A DNA stretch of 61,700 nt, filler included, from Nemertoderma westbladi (taxonomy: Eukaryota > Animalia > Xenacoelomorpha), in the NCBI GenBank assembly GCA_032718475.1. It is 3 parts of 3 records of this genome, joined end to end, with 100 filler letters (N's around TTAATTAATTAA, not from the genome) between each part and the next. Parts side by side here need not be neighbours in the genome. Positions count along the whole stretch, not along the records: positions 21,284 to 52,109 come from JAUCBJ010008153.1; 2 more parts are not named here. One strand, 5' to 3'. The translations under genes were made by a program, and so were the position numbers. Shown piece by piece: positions 37,552 through 48,676 of this stretch. The notes beneath the pieces were generated by a model. The model saw only the letters and a list, made by a program, of their open reading frames with translations. It did not search any database and was not told the DNA's origin. How positions within the stretch are numbered: the stretch's first letter is position 1; every line of letters begins with the position of its first letter.

Positions 37552-39990
37552 TTATCGCACAGTTCTCCCGGTTTTGGTTGCACGTCCCTTATCTCCCTCA
37601 CCATTTGGCTGTATATCTCTTCTCCCTCTGAATCTCCCTCTTCTTCCTCTAACGCTACTTCTCCTGAGCCCGGGTCCACCTTTCTCATCGGCGGCCAGGC
37701 TGTCCTTATCGCTCAGAAACTGCGGCCCGTGCTGCCACAATACTTCCTTCTTCAAGAAAGTGTGGCGTGCCACGCCCCTCGATAACAAGTCCGCTGGGTT
37801 CTCGTCCGTTGGGCAGTAGTGCCACCTTTCTAACTCTGTGGTCACCCTTATTTCGTCCACCCTATTTGCGACGAATATAGGGTATCTCGTCCTTTCGTTA
37901 TGTAGCCAACCGAGCACTACCATGGAATCCGTCCAGTAGTGTGTTTCCACTATGTTGGGAATAGCGTCCATTAAGTAGGCTGTGGCCCTAACTCCTAATC
38001 TCGCAGCTGTCAACTCGAGTTTCGGAACTGATGCTGAATCTGGTGGCGTCGACTTCGCCTTGCTAAAGGCGAGTCTGGGCTTGTGAGCCCCCTCTCGCTG
38101 TACTAAGTAGAGTGCCGCTCCGTATGCCTCTAATGACGCATCGGAGAACATATGTAAATCCAGATTCGTCATGTTCCCGTCCGGGAAATATACACGTGGC
38201 ATGCTGTATGTTCCCATCTGCTCTAAACTCTCTGTCCACTTGTTCCATTGCTTACTAATCTCTTCCGGGACCTCTGTGTCCCACTCGTCCTTTAATTTGT
38301 ATACTCTCTTGAGTATCTGTTTCCCCGTGACTGGTAGTGGGGATGCTAGGCCTAGGGGATCGTATATCCTCGCTATATACGACACATAGCCCCTCTTTGT
38401 GTGGATACCTGCGCCCTCCTGACTCAGCTGGTATTTTAACTCGTCTGTCTCTCGGTTCCACACGATCCCTAGTGCCTTCTGCTGGGACTCCACTCTCTTG
38501 TTCGCCATGTCCTGTCCCTTGGCTGTCGTGGGATTATCCATGGTCGACTCTGGCCTCCTGTCCTCTATGGCTTTCATGAACTCTTGCGAGCTGGATTGGA
38601 ACTTGGTTAGGTTGAACCCGGATCCTTTTAGGATGTCGCGAACCTCGCGCCCCGTGTCCAGTAGTTCCTTAACCGTATTTCCAGACTCCATCCCGTCGTC
38701 TACATAGAAACCTCGTCGAATCATATCGACGGCTTTGGCGCTGAACTCATCTTCCTTCCCTGCTACCGTGTCTCTTACGGCCATAGTCGTTGTAAACGAA
38801 GACGACTTGGCTCCCATATTCTGTACTATCATCTTATACATTGGTATGGTCGATGGTTCCTCATCGCCGTCGTACCATAGGAAGCGTTGGCTGTCGCTAT
38901 CCTCTTCCGTTACACGGACTTGGTTGAACATGCCTTCGATGTCGCAGGTGAAAGCGTGTTTACCATTCCTGAATCTGAGTAGGACCCCGATCCCTGAGTT
39001 GTAGATGTTGGGACCCTCCAGCAGATAATCGTTTAGGCATTTTCCGTTGGTCTTGGCCGATGCGTCAACTACCATCCGCAGTTTACCTTTCTTCGGGTCT
39101 AGAGCCACGTGGAGTGGCAGGTAATAGGTCCTGTCCGTGTTTGGTTCGTCGACCGGTAATTCTACGGCCCATCCTTTCTCGACATACTTTCTAATTGTCT
39201 TGTGAATGTACTCATTCTTCTCGGGGCTCCGTTTTAGCGTCTGCTTTAACTTACGAAGCCTCGTGAGTACCATCCCTTTGTTGTCGGGTAATGGTAGCTT
39301 CGGTAGCTTCCATACCATTCCTATGGTATACCGCCCCTCATCGCATGTCATCGATTCCTTTACACTTTGTAAAGCCTGCTTGTCTTCTACCGAGGTTCCG
39401 ACCCCGGTCTCCTTTAATCCCTCGAAATCCTGCCTGAGCAGTCTCCTGAGCTGCTCCTCCGCTCCCTCATCCTCCATCTCTCGCATAGTTCCCGTGAACA
39501 TGCATCCTGATGTCTCCGACATCCTAAATGGTATCTTACTCTTAATTGGGCCACTCAGCGTCCACCCGACTGGTGTTAATATCGCCACCGGGTCACACTG
39601 CCTGTCTTCGCCGAAGACCGTTTGCATTCTCTCGTGGGCCGTCGGGCAGTCCATTCCTACTATGATGGATACCTTCCTGACGTCCACCTCTGGGATTGAG
39701 AAGTCGATACTGTCCAGGAATCTATATTGTTCGACCTCGATGTTGGTTGGCCGCCTGGCGTTGATATTTATCGACTCTATCACCTGGATGGGGTCGATGG
39801 TCGCCCCATAGTCGCATCCCAGTGCCACCGCTGCTATCGCGCACCGTCCGGTCCTCATCTCCAGGAACTCATCTCTGCTGGAGATGGTTGTCACCGCCAT
39901 TCTACTTGGCCTCGTTCTCAATCCTATCTCTTCGGCCACCCAATCCTCGACTAAGTGTGAAGGCTGCTCCACTGTCGACCAGCATCAGTG
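37552..39990 (-). CDS. BEL/Pao pol: aspartic protease, reverse transcriptase, RNase H (frameshifted)
   Basis: LVDSGA protease site at about 39965-39985 (adjacent frame); YYLPLH, KLRMVVDAS, LNDYLLEGP, DIEGMFNQV, FYVDD; LHMFSDAS, PKLELTAA, WTDS, FVANRV, ENPADLLSRG. Confidence 0.96.
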
Positions 39991-42900
39991 TGGTCACTGA
40001 TCGATTGCCTTCCCCGATCACTCGCACTGGTACTACCCCAAGTAATACCGTTCCTCTCTTCTTCGCTCCCTACGGTGCTCGTTGCCATCGTTTGGCCTTT
40101 ACTTTGACCGAACTTAATCGGCGTCTCCTTGCATTGTTTGGCTCTGTGTCCACTCATCACACATCGCGAACAGATCTCATTTCTTGTTGCGTATTCTACC
40201 TGATCTTCCCTGGGTAGCGCTTGCCAGTGCCTGCAATTCATGGTCTGATGAAGTGCATTTGTATGTAGCTGGCATTTGCTCTTTGGGTCGTAGCCGTCCT
40301 TATACAGTGCATTGCGATCACAGTTGCATTTGTACCAAAGTCCCTACTATTCTTATTGTTTGGGCTCGGCCTACTGGGCGTACTGGGGTTATGTTTATTT
40401 GTATTGTTATTTTTCCCCTGTCCGCTCCATGATGTGGTCTTATCCCCGGCTACTTGTGGACTGGTAGTCCCCTGCGTTGCTGCGTACGGCAGTGACTGTC
40501 TGAGCTTTGGCAATGCGTTCGACGCGTTGTGCTCTGGTTTCGGCCTGTGGTAATCGGTCTTTGATCCCTTTCCCAGGCTATCCTCGCTATAGACTGGGTC
40601 CGTTATAAGTTCAGCTTCATAGTTTAAGAAGCTTGACATCTCTTCTAAACCCGGTTCCGCACCCTTCCTATCTCGAGTGGAGAAAGCGATTTTTCTCCAC
40701 TTATTGCGCAGCCACATCGGTAGTGCCTGCGCTATCGTGGTGATGTTGTTGGACGCGTTGAGTTCGTATGGCGCCTCTAGCGTCTTTAGCACGATTAGCG
40801 CCTTCTCGACTTTGTTAGCGAATGTCTTTATGCTAACGGGGTTATCCTGTAGGCCACCCGATGTTATACCTCTCAGGGTCTGCCGGATGATCTTGGCTGG
40901 GTGCCCGTATTCCCTGTCTAATGCCCGCCATGCCATCGTGAAGCCACCCTCGATGCCCTGGTATTGCCTCACGATGTCGTATGCTGGGCCCCCTGTATAT
41001 ACTTGCAGATACTTTAGGCACTCCGCCTGCGTCAAATTCTTTGTTAATATTTCGTTACTATACATGCGCCGAAACTGTAGGTATTCTTCCGGCCTACTTC
41101 CATCGAATTTGAATGGTTCCACGGGTGGTAACTCGATCCTAGTCTTTAATGCATCGATTAACGTGGCCATCCCCATCGCTTGCGCTTCCAATGGGTTCGA
41201 TGGATGCTGTATAGGTTCTCCCGTTGGGTGCGGTCCGTTCATCCTGTTTGCCGCTTTCCTCTGACTTGGATATATCATAGGGGGTAGCGGCCCCCTCCAT
41301 ATTTCGGTGTCGCATGATCTATTCTCGTCCAAGGGGTTCGATGTTCTTACTCCTATTGGGGTATATTGTTGATATTGTGATGGGGGAATGTCACCCTGCC
41401 CCCCCCCCCCCCCCCCCCCACCGGTATGTTTGGTACTGGGGTTGATGTTAATATATTGGGGCCCATACACCTATCCGCAGTAATTCTCCCCTCCCCTGGG
41501 TATATGTTATGTCCTTGCATGCTGTAGTCATACTGCTGTGCTGGTACCGGTATAGGCCTATCTACTTCTGGCCTACCTGCCGGTATATACTACGCGACTT
41601 CCGGGTTTAATCCCGTTGTTCGCGCTATCCTATCGCCTACATTATCTCTCTCAGCATGGCCTATGGTATGTGCAGTAAGGCCTACAGTATGTCCTGCAGT
41701 CTGTACGTGTCGATTGGGATCAAAGTTTATCCTTCTCGAATAATCCTTCCCACGGCTACCATATTCTCGTTCGGTAGGTATATCCCGTCGGGAAGTTTCT
41801 CTTCGACCCCCTCCACTGCTCTCGTCCTCGTGCCGGTACATCCCGTACCCCTCTCTCTGCGCTTAATACGCCTCGTCAGGTCGCGTTCCTCCGGGGCGAC
41901 GGCAATCTCCCGAAGTTTGACCCCACTGACTCTCCGTCTCCACCTCTACTACCGACGGCTCGCTATCCGCCCTCGCTCTCCTGTCATTTGCGGCGACACT
42001 TCTTCTACTCTCTTCCTTTCTTCTCTCTGTAGTGCAGTATTCCCGCTCGTGAGATCTCTCGTCGACCTCCCGGTTAAACTCCACTGTTCTTCTTCCCTCT
42101 TCTGATCGGGCTCGACGCCTCGTCGCTCGCCCTCTCGCGACGTCAACCTGTCTCTCTCTGCTCGATTGCACGCCGCTGGGGATACTCGCAATCCCCCTAT
42201 TACTCTCCATCGCCGGGTGTTGCGGTTTACCTAACTCGGCCCGCGCATTATCCGTCGACGCCTGTGGGGCACTCTCTGCCCCCCCCCCCCCTCTCGCCGC
42301 TAACTTGTCGTTGTGGGGCTCCTGTAGCCCCCCACTCGCCACATCTAACTTCACTATCTCTTACTTCGCGACTACACCCCTCTCTAGCCGACACATTAAC
42401 CCTACTGCGGCTGGGTCTATTCACTCCCGCCTCTCCCTCTGCTACTGTGTGGCCTACCAGGCTCTCTACTTCCTGCCTACTAACTACGTGGCCTACCAGG
42501 CCCTCTTCGGGTTGGCTCAACCCCGCCACTTCCGGCCTACTAACTACGTGGCCTACCAGGCCCTCATTTGCCGGGTTATACACGTCCGACACGTTCACGT
42601 TAATAGCACCACTGATATTGCCATTGGTTAGATCAATTAAATCCTCTAACTCAATTAAGTTATTTTGTGCGCCCAGATTAGAAACGGAATTATTTTGCTC
42701 GTTCAAAATAAGATTATTTGAATTATTTTGTAAATTCGGATTTAAGTTTAAATTATTTGAATTATTTTGCGTAATTATATTATTTGAATTATTTTGCGTA
42801 ATTATATTATTTGAATTATTTCCTACATTAATATTAGAATCATTCGGATTTAAATTACTACTGTCGGGCAAAATATTATTTCCTGCAATGAAAGTTTGAT

Positions 42901-44237
42901 TAGAATTATCCAATATGGTACTATTAATATTAACGTTGTCTACTGTATTATTATTATTACCCCCCGCCCATACGGTCACACCAGTCTCGGGTCTGTCGTG
43001 CGGTTCCTGTAAGTGGGGTATTAATAAATGTTTCCACAACCCTTGGCTCCTCGAAAATACTCGAGCCAGCGTCACTCTCTGACAACCCCATCTGCGCCAG
43101 CTCCAGCCTGCGCTTCTGTTTGGTTTGATACTAAATAAGTCCGCTTATGCGGGCATGTAAACCATCCCGCACACGCTTTACCGCTCTCTCTCTCTCTGTA
43201 TCCTCTCGCAAATTCTGTTTCACTAATTATGTTTCTCTCGCCACACGCTCCTTACGTTCACTCTGCTCTCTTTCCTCGCACTCCCTAAAGCGTCTCACGA
43301 CCTTCTCGGCGTTCTCTCTATTTCTCTAACTAGTTCTTTCTCCTTCTCTAATAGCGCACTCTCTTCTTCTAACTGTCTCTCGAATTCTCTCTGACCTAGC
43401 GCCGCCAGATCGAGTTGGCACGCCAGATTTATCGCCATCACCCGTTTTTCTTGTGCGGAGGATGTAGCAGACTTATCGGTTGTGACGGATTCCCTCCGCC
43501 TTCCCGTCCTACTGACTCTCCCCCACCTCCCGGAACTCCCTCCGACCGACGAGACCGAATCCTCGGGGTTAACCTCGGATTCGCCCTCCTGCGGTCTCCT
43601 CCAACCCACTAATTTTACTCCCCGGGCATCGACTAAGTATGGCCCTATGTACACTACACTAGGCTGCATACCCCTACACTCCCATAGTTCAAACAGTTCG
43701 CTGGCAACCCCTCTCGCTCTCTCCTCGGCTAGTTCTCTCTGCCCAAAACGCATCAATAGTTAAATGTTCATTCGACTCACCTAGTCGTCTTTTCAACTTC
43801 ACCTGGTCTATCTTGGCCCCTCCTTTGGTCTCTTTGAGTAGTTTCCGGGCTGCGTTGTAAGCTCGTCAAAGTCGATCGCTGACCCCGACGTCCTCGTCGC
43901 CGACATCTCCTCTATCTCTCCGGGTCCGGCGTCGTACCGGCGGCCCCACCGTCGCCGTTCCGGTGGGCCGTCCGTCGCCCTCGGCCTTTGGCTGGCCGGC
44001 GACTTCGGCACGTCGACCGCCGCTGTGTGTCGACTCGTCTCTCTCCTCTCCCGACTCGTCTTTCCCTCCTCTCGGCTCTTCTTCTGGTTCTAGACGGCCC
44101 CCCTCATCCTGGATTGCCGGATCGCCCGTTGTCGGTTGATTCGGCGTCGCAGGACGGTACCGTTGCGTCGCGGCCTCGCGGATCGTTAGATCGCCATCCG
44201 GGGTCCGCGGCAGTGTCGTTTCCCCTTCTCGACTCAT
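39951..44237 (-). CDS. BEL/Pao gag region, fragmented by frameshifts, with a long N-terminal extension
   Basis: Core 40238-41470 has FDGSRPEEYLQF, LKYLQVYTGGPA and AWRALDREYG (Pao gag) plus DPVY. The knuckle CSRCVMSGHRAKQC is in 39951-40241. Upstream ORF pieces run to the ATG at 44237 and are charged, coiled-coil-like or Asn-rich. Confidence 0.8.
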
Positions 44238-44300
44238 CTTTAGCAGTCAGCTCGGGCTGTTAGATTCTATAACTTAGGGCAGCTGGTTGGTTCTAATTAC

Positions 44301-44875
44301 TGTGACGGGATCCACTGAGGATCCCGGTTTATCCTGTTTCTAGTTTACGCGTCCCCCCTGTGTGTATGTGAAAGAGTTCTGAGTTATTGATTGATCGGTG
44401 TATATAGGTTCAAGGATATAATATAATAAATGATAATAGCACGAATAGTTGATGTTTGATACAGTGTACCGGTAAATGATAATATATTGCTGACAGCAGA
44501 CTGAGACGGTAATTAGAGTTCCGCTACTGTCCTAACTGACTGACTTACTACAAGTGAATGAAATAATGCAAGGACCGGTAATATATTGCACGGTTGGCCA
44601 TGTTGCTCTACTCAGTCGATGCTTCCCCCCTAGGGTATTGGCTAATAACTCACTTGTCACCCTTCCCCTTTCCCTGGGTGTGCTTCCCCCTGCTACTGTC
44701 TCCCTCTCCCTCCCGGAGGTATAACCTCAGACCCCCGCTGTGTGTGTTCCCTTGGGGCCTATTGTCCCCGCTTATTGGGGTGACACGAGGTTGATTGGTA
44801 ACCAACCTCGTGCTCCCAATATTGCTTAAAACCAACTCTGTGTGTGGGGTGGTTGGCGGAATTGATACGCTAACA
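44301..44875 (-). repeat. 5' LTR of the BEL/Pao element (575 bp)
   Basis: Direct repeat of 30977-31545, upstream of gag on the minus strand. Confidence 0.96.
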
Positions 44876-45440
44876 TGCCGTACTGGCCTAGGCCCTATTT
44901 ACCCATTTCCTGGTCACCAATCACCATCCTGCCATCATCCGGTCAGCCAGGCTGGAAAAAGTCTCCCAGGTGCCAGGCGCGCACAACGCCCGCGCACTTC
45001 ATTGCCAACCGCGCATTCCCATATGCAATAATCCATAATCGCGCACCCCAAAAATCTCAACCGCGCAACTGCACACCCAAAAAAAAATCAACCGCGCACC
45101 CCGAAAATAAAATGTAGGATAGTTTTAATAGCTACTGCCTGACTGCTACGACTACGGTAAATGGCTGATTGGAGATTATTGCTCTTCAATCAGTCAACTT
45201 TGCACTGTAATAAATACTATCTGACTATTCTGGGGCATTTTATTTATTTAATGAGAAGCTATGACTAGTAAAATTACATCAAGTTGTTACTAATCTTCAA
45301 ATAAATTGTGTTCCAGAATATTGTCAGTGATTGTATATTTATCAGTTTATTAAATATAGGCCTAATAACTGGTCTGCCCTGCAGGCTGTATCAGATGCAA
45401 AGTTCTGCACTTTTTGAAGGCCCATATCTGAGCTATTTCT

Positions 45441-47006
45441 TACGGTGGCTGAATTGTGCCACTTAATACTTTTTTTTATTTTATTTTTGAAGCGACTTTT
45501 TGGTCGACCAAAAAGGACTTTTTGGTCGACCAATAAGTCGACTTTTTGGTCGACCAAAAAGTAGTTTTTGGTCGACCAATAAGTCGACTTTTTGGTCGAC
45601 CAAAAAGTCTGGAAGTATTATCCAATAGAAAACATACAACTATTTTCGAGGCAAAATCAAATTACATTAAGTGAATTAGGTGGTTATTTAAAACCGTCAA
45701 TTATCACATTTAAAACCGTAACACTATCATGATGAAGGATTAATATCCTAGGTACCGGTAGGCCTAGCGATCAATGTGTTTAACAAAGCTTTATGTACAC
45801 CGGTACAGTAATTTGATTTTACCTCCAAAATAGTTATATATATGTTTTCTATTGGATAATACTTCCAGACTTTTTGGTCGACCAAAAAGTACTTTTTGGT
45901 CGACCAATAAGTCGACTTTTTGGACGACCAATAAGTACTTTTTGGTCGACCAAAAAGTAGTTTTTGGTCGACCAATAAGTTTTTTTTTTTTTTTTTTTTA
46001 ACTCTTTAAGTCTCATTTATTCACATAGATAATAAAACGTTAATGTTAAACAATACCCACCACCAGCCGACGTTACTAGGCAACCAATATAAGAGGGAAA
46101 TTTAAAATGAAATCCTTTGCCCGCCCCCAACACAGAAACAGTCTCTATGGTGTATGGAGCATACTACTGTATTTACACCACCCTACCGAACTGCGCCAAC
46201 ACCCCAGGGTCTGAGTCCGCGTTAGCCAACCGGATCGATGAGTCGGTGACTGCCTCCCGCGCCGGTCGCCTAGCAGCCGAACGGTACCCGCGTAAACACA
46301 TTAATGACGACCTGAGGAGGGAGAAACTGATTCGCCGACGTACCCATGAGACGCACTCCGGATAGGGAACCTGCCGTTTGTCGGACAACTTCACCGCCAG
46401 TCGTTTGACAGTACTTTTTGGTCGACCAATAAGTCGACTTTTTGGTCGACCAATAAGTACTTTTTGGTCGACCAATAAGTACTTTTTGGTCGACCAAAAA
46501 GTAGTTTTTGGTCGACCAATAAGTCGACTTTTTGGTCGACCAAAAAGTACTTTTTGGTCGACCAATAAGTCGACTTTTTGGTCGACCAATAAGTACTTTT
46601 TGGTCGACCATTAAGTAGTTTTTGGTCGACCAAAAAGTACTTTTTGGTCGACCAATAAGTCGACTTTTTGGTCACTTTTTGGTCGACCAATAAGTACTTT
46701 TTGGTCGATCAAAAAGTAGTTTTTGGTCGACCAATAAGTCGACTTTTTGGTCGACCACTAAGTAGTTTTTGGTCGACCAATAAGTCGACTTTTTGGTCGA
46801 CCAATAAGTCGACTTTTTGGTCGACCAAAAAGTACTTATTGGTCGACCAAAAATTACTTTTTGGTCGACCAAAAAGTCGACTTATTGGTCGACCAAAAAG
46901 TACTTATTGGTCGACCAAAAAGTACTTTTTGGTCGACCAAAAAGTCCCTTAAAAAAATAAATAAAAAAAATATTAAGCTGTTAAGTGGCACAATTCAGCC
47001 ACCGTA
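45441..47006. mobile_element. MITE/foldback element with TIR TACGGTGGCTGAATTGTGCCACTTAA, 6-bp TSD ATTTCT and internal GGTCGACC palindromic arrays
   Basis: Perfect 26-bp TIRs, ATTTCT at 45435-45440 and 47007-47012, and dozens of 21-23-bp TTTTTGGTCGACCAA(T/A)AAG units. Confidence 0.88.
45980..46410 (-). mobile_element. 3' end of a CRE-like (restriction-like endonuclease) non-LTR retrotransposon with poly(A) tail
   Basis: KRLAVKLSDK...Y..CVSWVRRRISFSLLRSSLMCLRGYR resembles the CRE-clade C-terminus. Stop at 46173, AATAAA at about 46017-46022 on the minus strand, poly(A) at 45980-45999. Confidence 0.7.
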
Positions 47007-47959
47007 ATTTCTCAATGACATTTTAATAGTTATTTACAAATTTGGAATCCTTGCAACGACAACTTTCCATTGATATCAACAAATCACAATAAGGACGAAG
47101 AATAATTGCCATGCGAGGTGCGACTGGCGCAATGTTTAATTACTTATTAAACAAATAATATTTTTTAATAATTATAATAATAATTATGATTTTAACAATA
47201 AAACTACATATTGTACGATAAATAAAACACATTATTTTCTACATTATATTTAACTTATTGCCCTTCGATCTGACTTATTAACCTCCCTCGCTGCGCACGG
47301 TTGGTAAATAAATAAAACATATTTTATTTACCGTACAATAAATAGTTCTTTTTAATTTCCTCATTACCTATTTTGCTATTTCACAATCTGACAATGGAAG
47401 AAACATCAATGGATGATATTTATGCTGAAATAGGTGCAGTTAACTGGTTAAAAGTAAGAAGATATACAAAAAGAGCATGACAAGCAAGGAAACTGTCGAT
47501 AAGACTGGCAATGTGCACAACATTAAACTATGGGTGAAAAAAAGTGACCTTCAACAAATAAATACTTTTATTCTTAAATTGTTACTTTTTCGCTCGAATA
47601 TACCCCAAAATCGGGAGAAAAAGTTATACTTTTTTCACTAGGGAAAAAAATTAATCAATAGGATTGCTTTGATTTTACTTTTTTTCTCGGCGAAAAAAGT
47701 AAAGTAAAATACTGTATTTTTAGTGGAATTTCTTAAATTTTACTACATATGTTGAAAGAGCATCGCAGTAGGAAAGGTTTGCAAGTAATTTGAGCAAAGT
47801 TCTACTTTTTTTCCCATGTAAAAAATACCGTAATTATTGTTATTCATCGAAAGTTGTTAAATTACTTACAGTAGGCCTACATGTATTATGTTTTACATCG
47901 CCAAGTAATAGTGATATGATAGGCTGTAGGCCTATAAAAGTAATAAATTTTGAACTTAA

Positions 47960-48233
47960 AAATTACCTGTTTTTCTAAACATATGCTTAAAACATATGTA
48001 AGTACGGAAACCGAATTGTTGAAACGAAATAGTTGAAATAACCTGTAACCTGCCACGAATGCTTACGACGACATAAAGACCGGCCCCATTTAAGGGGGTC
48101 GGGTGCTTTCAATATGCGCACTCGAGATTTGCAGTTTAATGATTTTAAATTTGATTGTTTTATATTAAATTGTCATTTAAAATTTCCGCACTTACAAATG
48201 TTTTAAGCATATGTTTAGAAAACAGGTAATTTT
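47960..48233. mobile_element. Small MITE-like element with inverted termini of about 50 bp
   Basis: AAATTACCTGTTTTTCTAAACATATGCTTAAAACA..TGTAAGT.CGGAAA is mirrored at 48183-48233. Confidence 0.6.
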
Positions 48234-48676
48234 TGGTGCGCAAGAGCGCACACACTGACACACACACAGACACACCGTGTGTGCGCAAGCGCGCACATGT
48301 GGCTTGCTCTGTTGACACACGGCGCACATTTTTGGCCTTTTCCGCGCACGCGCACGCGCCGCGCACCCATTATTTTACCGCGCACAACGCGTTCTAATTT
48401 TTGCAAACATTTTCCAGCCTGGCCGGTCAGTCGATCTGTCGACTGTCGATCGCAGGTTGGGCTGTTGGGTGTTTATTCAATTTCGAATATTCGTTTGGTT
48501 AACGCTTCACCTTGTACTGTGACTGTACCGGACAGCCGGAAGTTATCCATTAAGGCTTGCAGCGCAACCTAGGGCAGTAGGGCTACCGTAGGGGCGCAAG
48601 AGCCAAGAGGACTACTTCTGATATTATAATTTCTGAATTTACTTGATTAATAATATATTATATATTATATTCCCAA

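Larger units (their letters stand above)
30977..44875 (-). mobile_element. Near full-length BEL/Pao LTR retrotransposon (13.9 kb) with an extra 3' ORF
   Basis: Two direct LTRs of about 570 bp with TG...CA ends, a PPT next to the left LTR on the minus strand, and the order gag-PR-RT-RNase H-IN with BEL/Pao-specific motifs. Confidence 0.96.
44946..48423. mobile_element. Probable TIR element (14-bp TIR GCCAGGCTGGAAAA, 6-bp TSD CGGTCA) hosting nested insertions
   Basis: GCCAGGCTGGAAAA at 44946 and TTTTCCAGCCTGGC ending at 48423. CGGTCA flanks both ends, and CCGCGCAC-rich subterminal repeats occur at both ends. Confidence 0.6.

Noticed and set aside
32404-44263. Numerous plus-strand ORFs opposite the BEL/Pao genes
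   Set aside because: Antisense shadows of GC-rich coding sequence with no motifs.
45342-46952. MVDQK/WSTKK repeat ORFs
   Set aside because: Translations of the GGTCGACC array. Only 46173-46410 (CRE-like tail) looks like real coding sequence.
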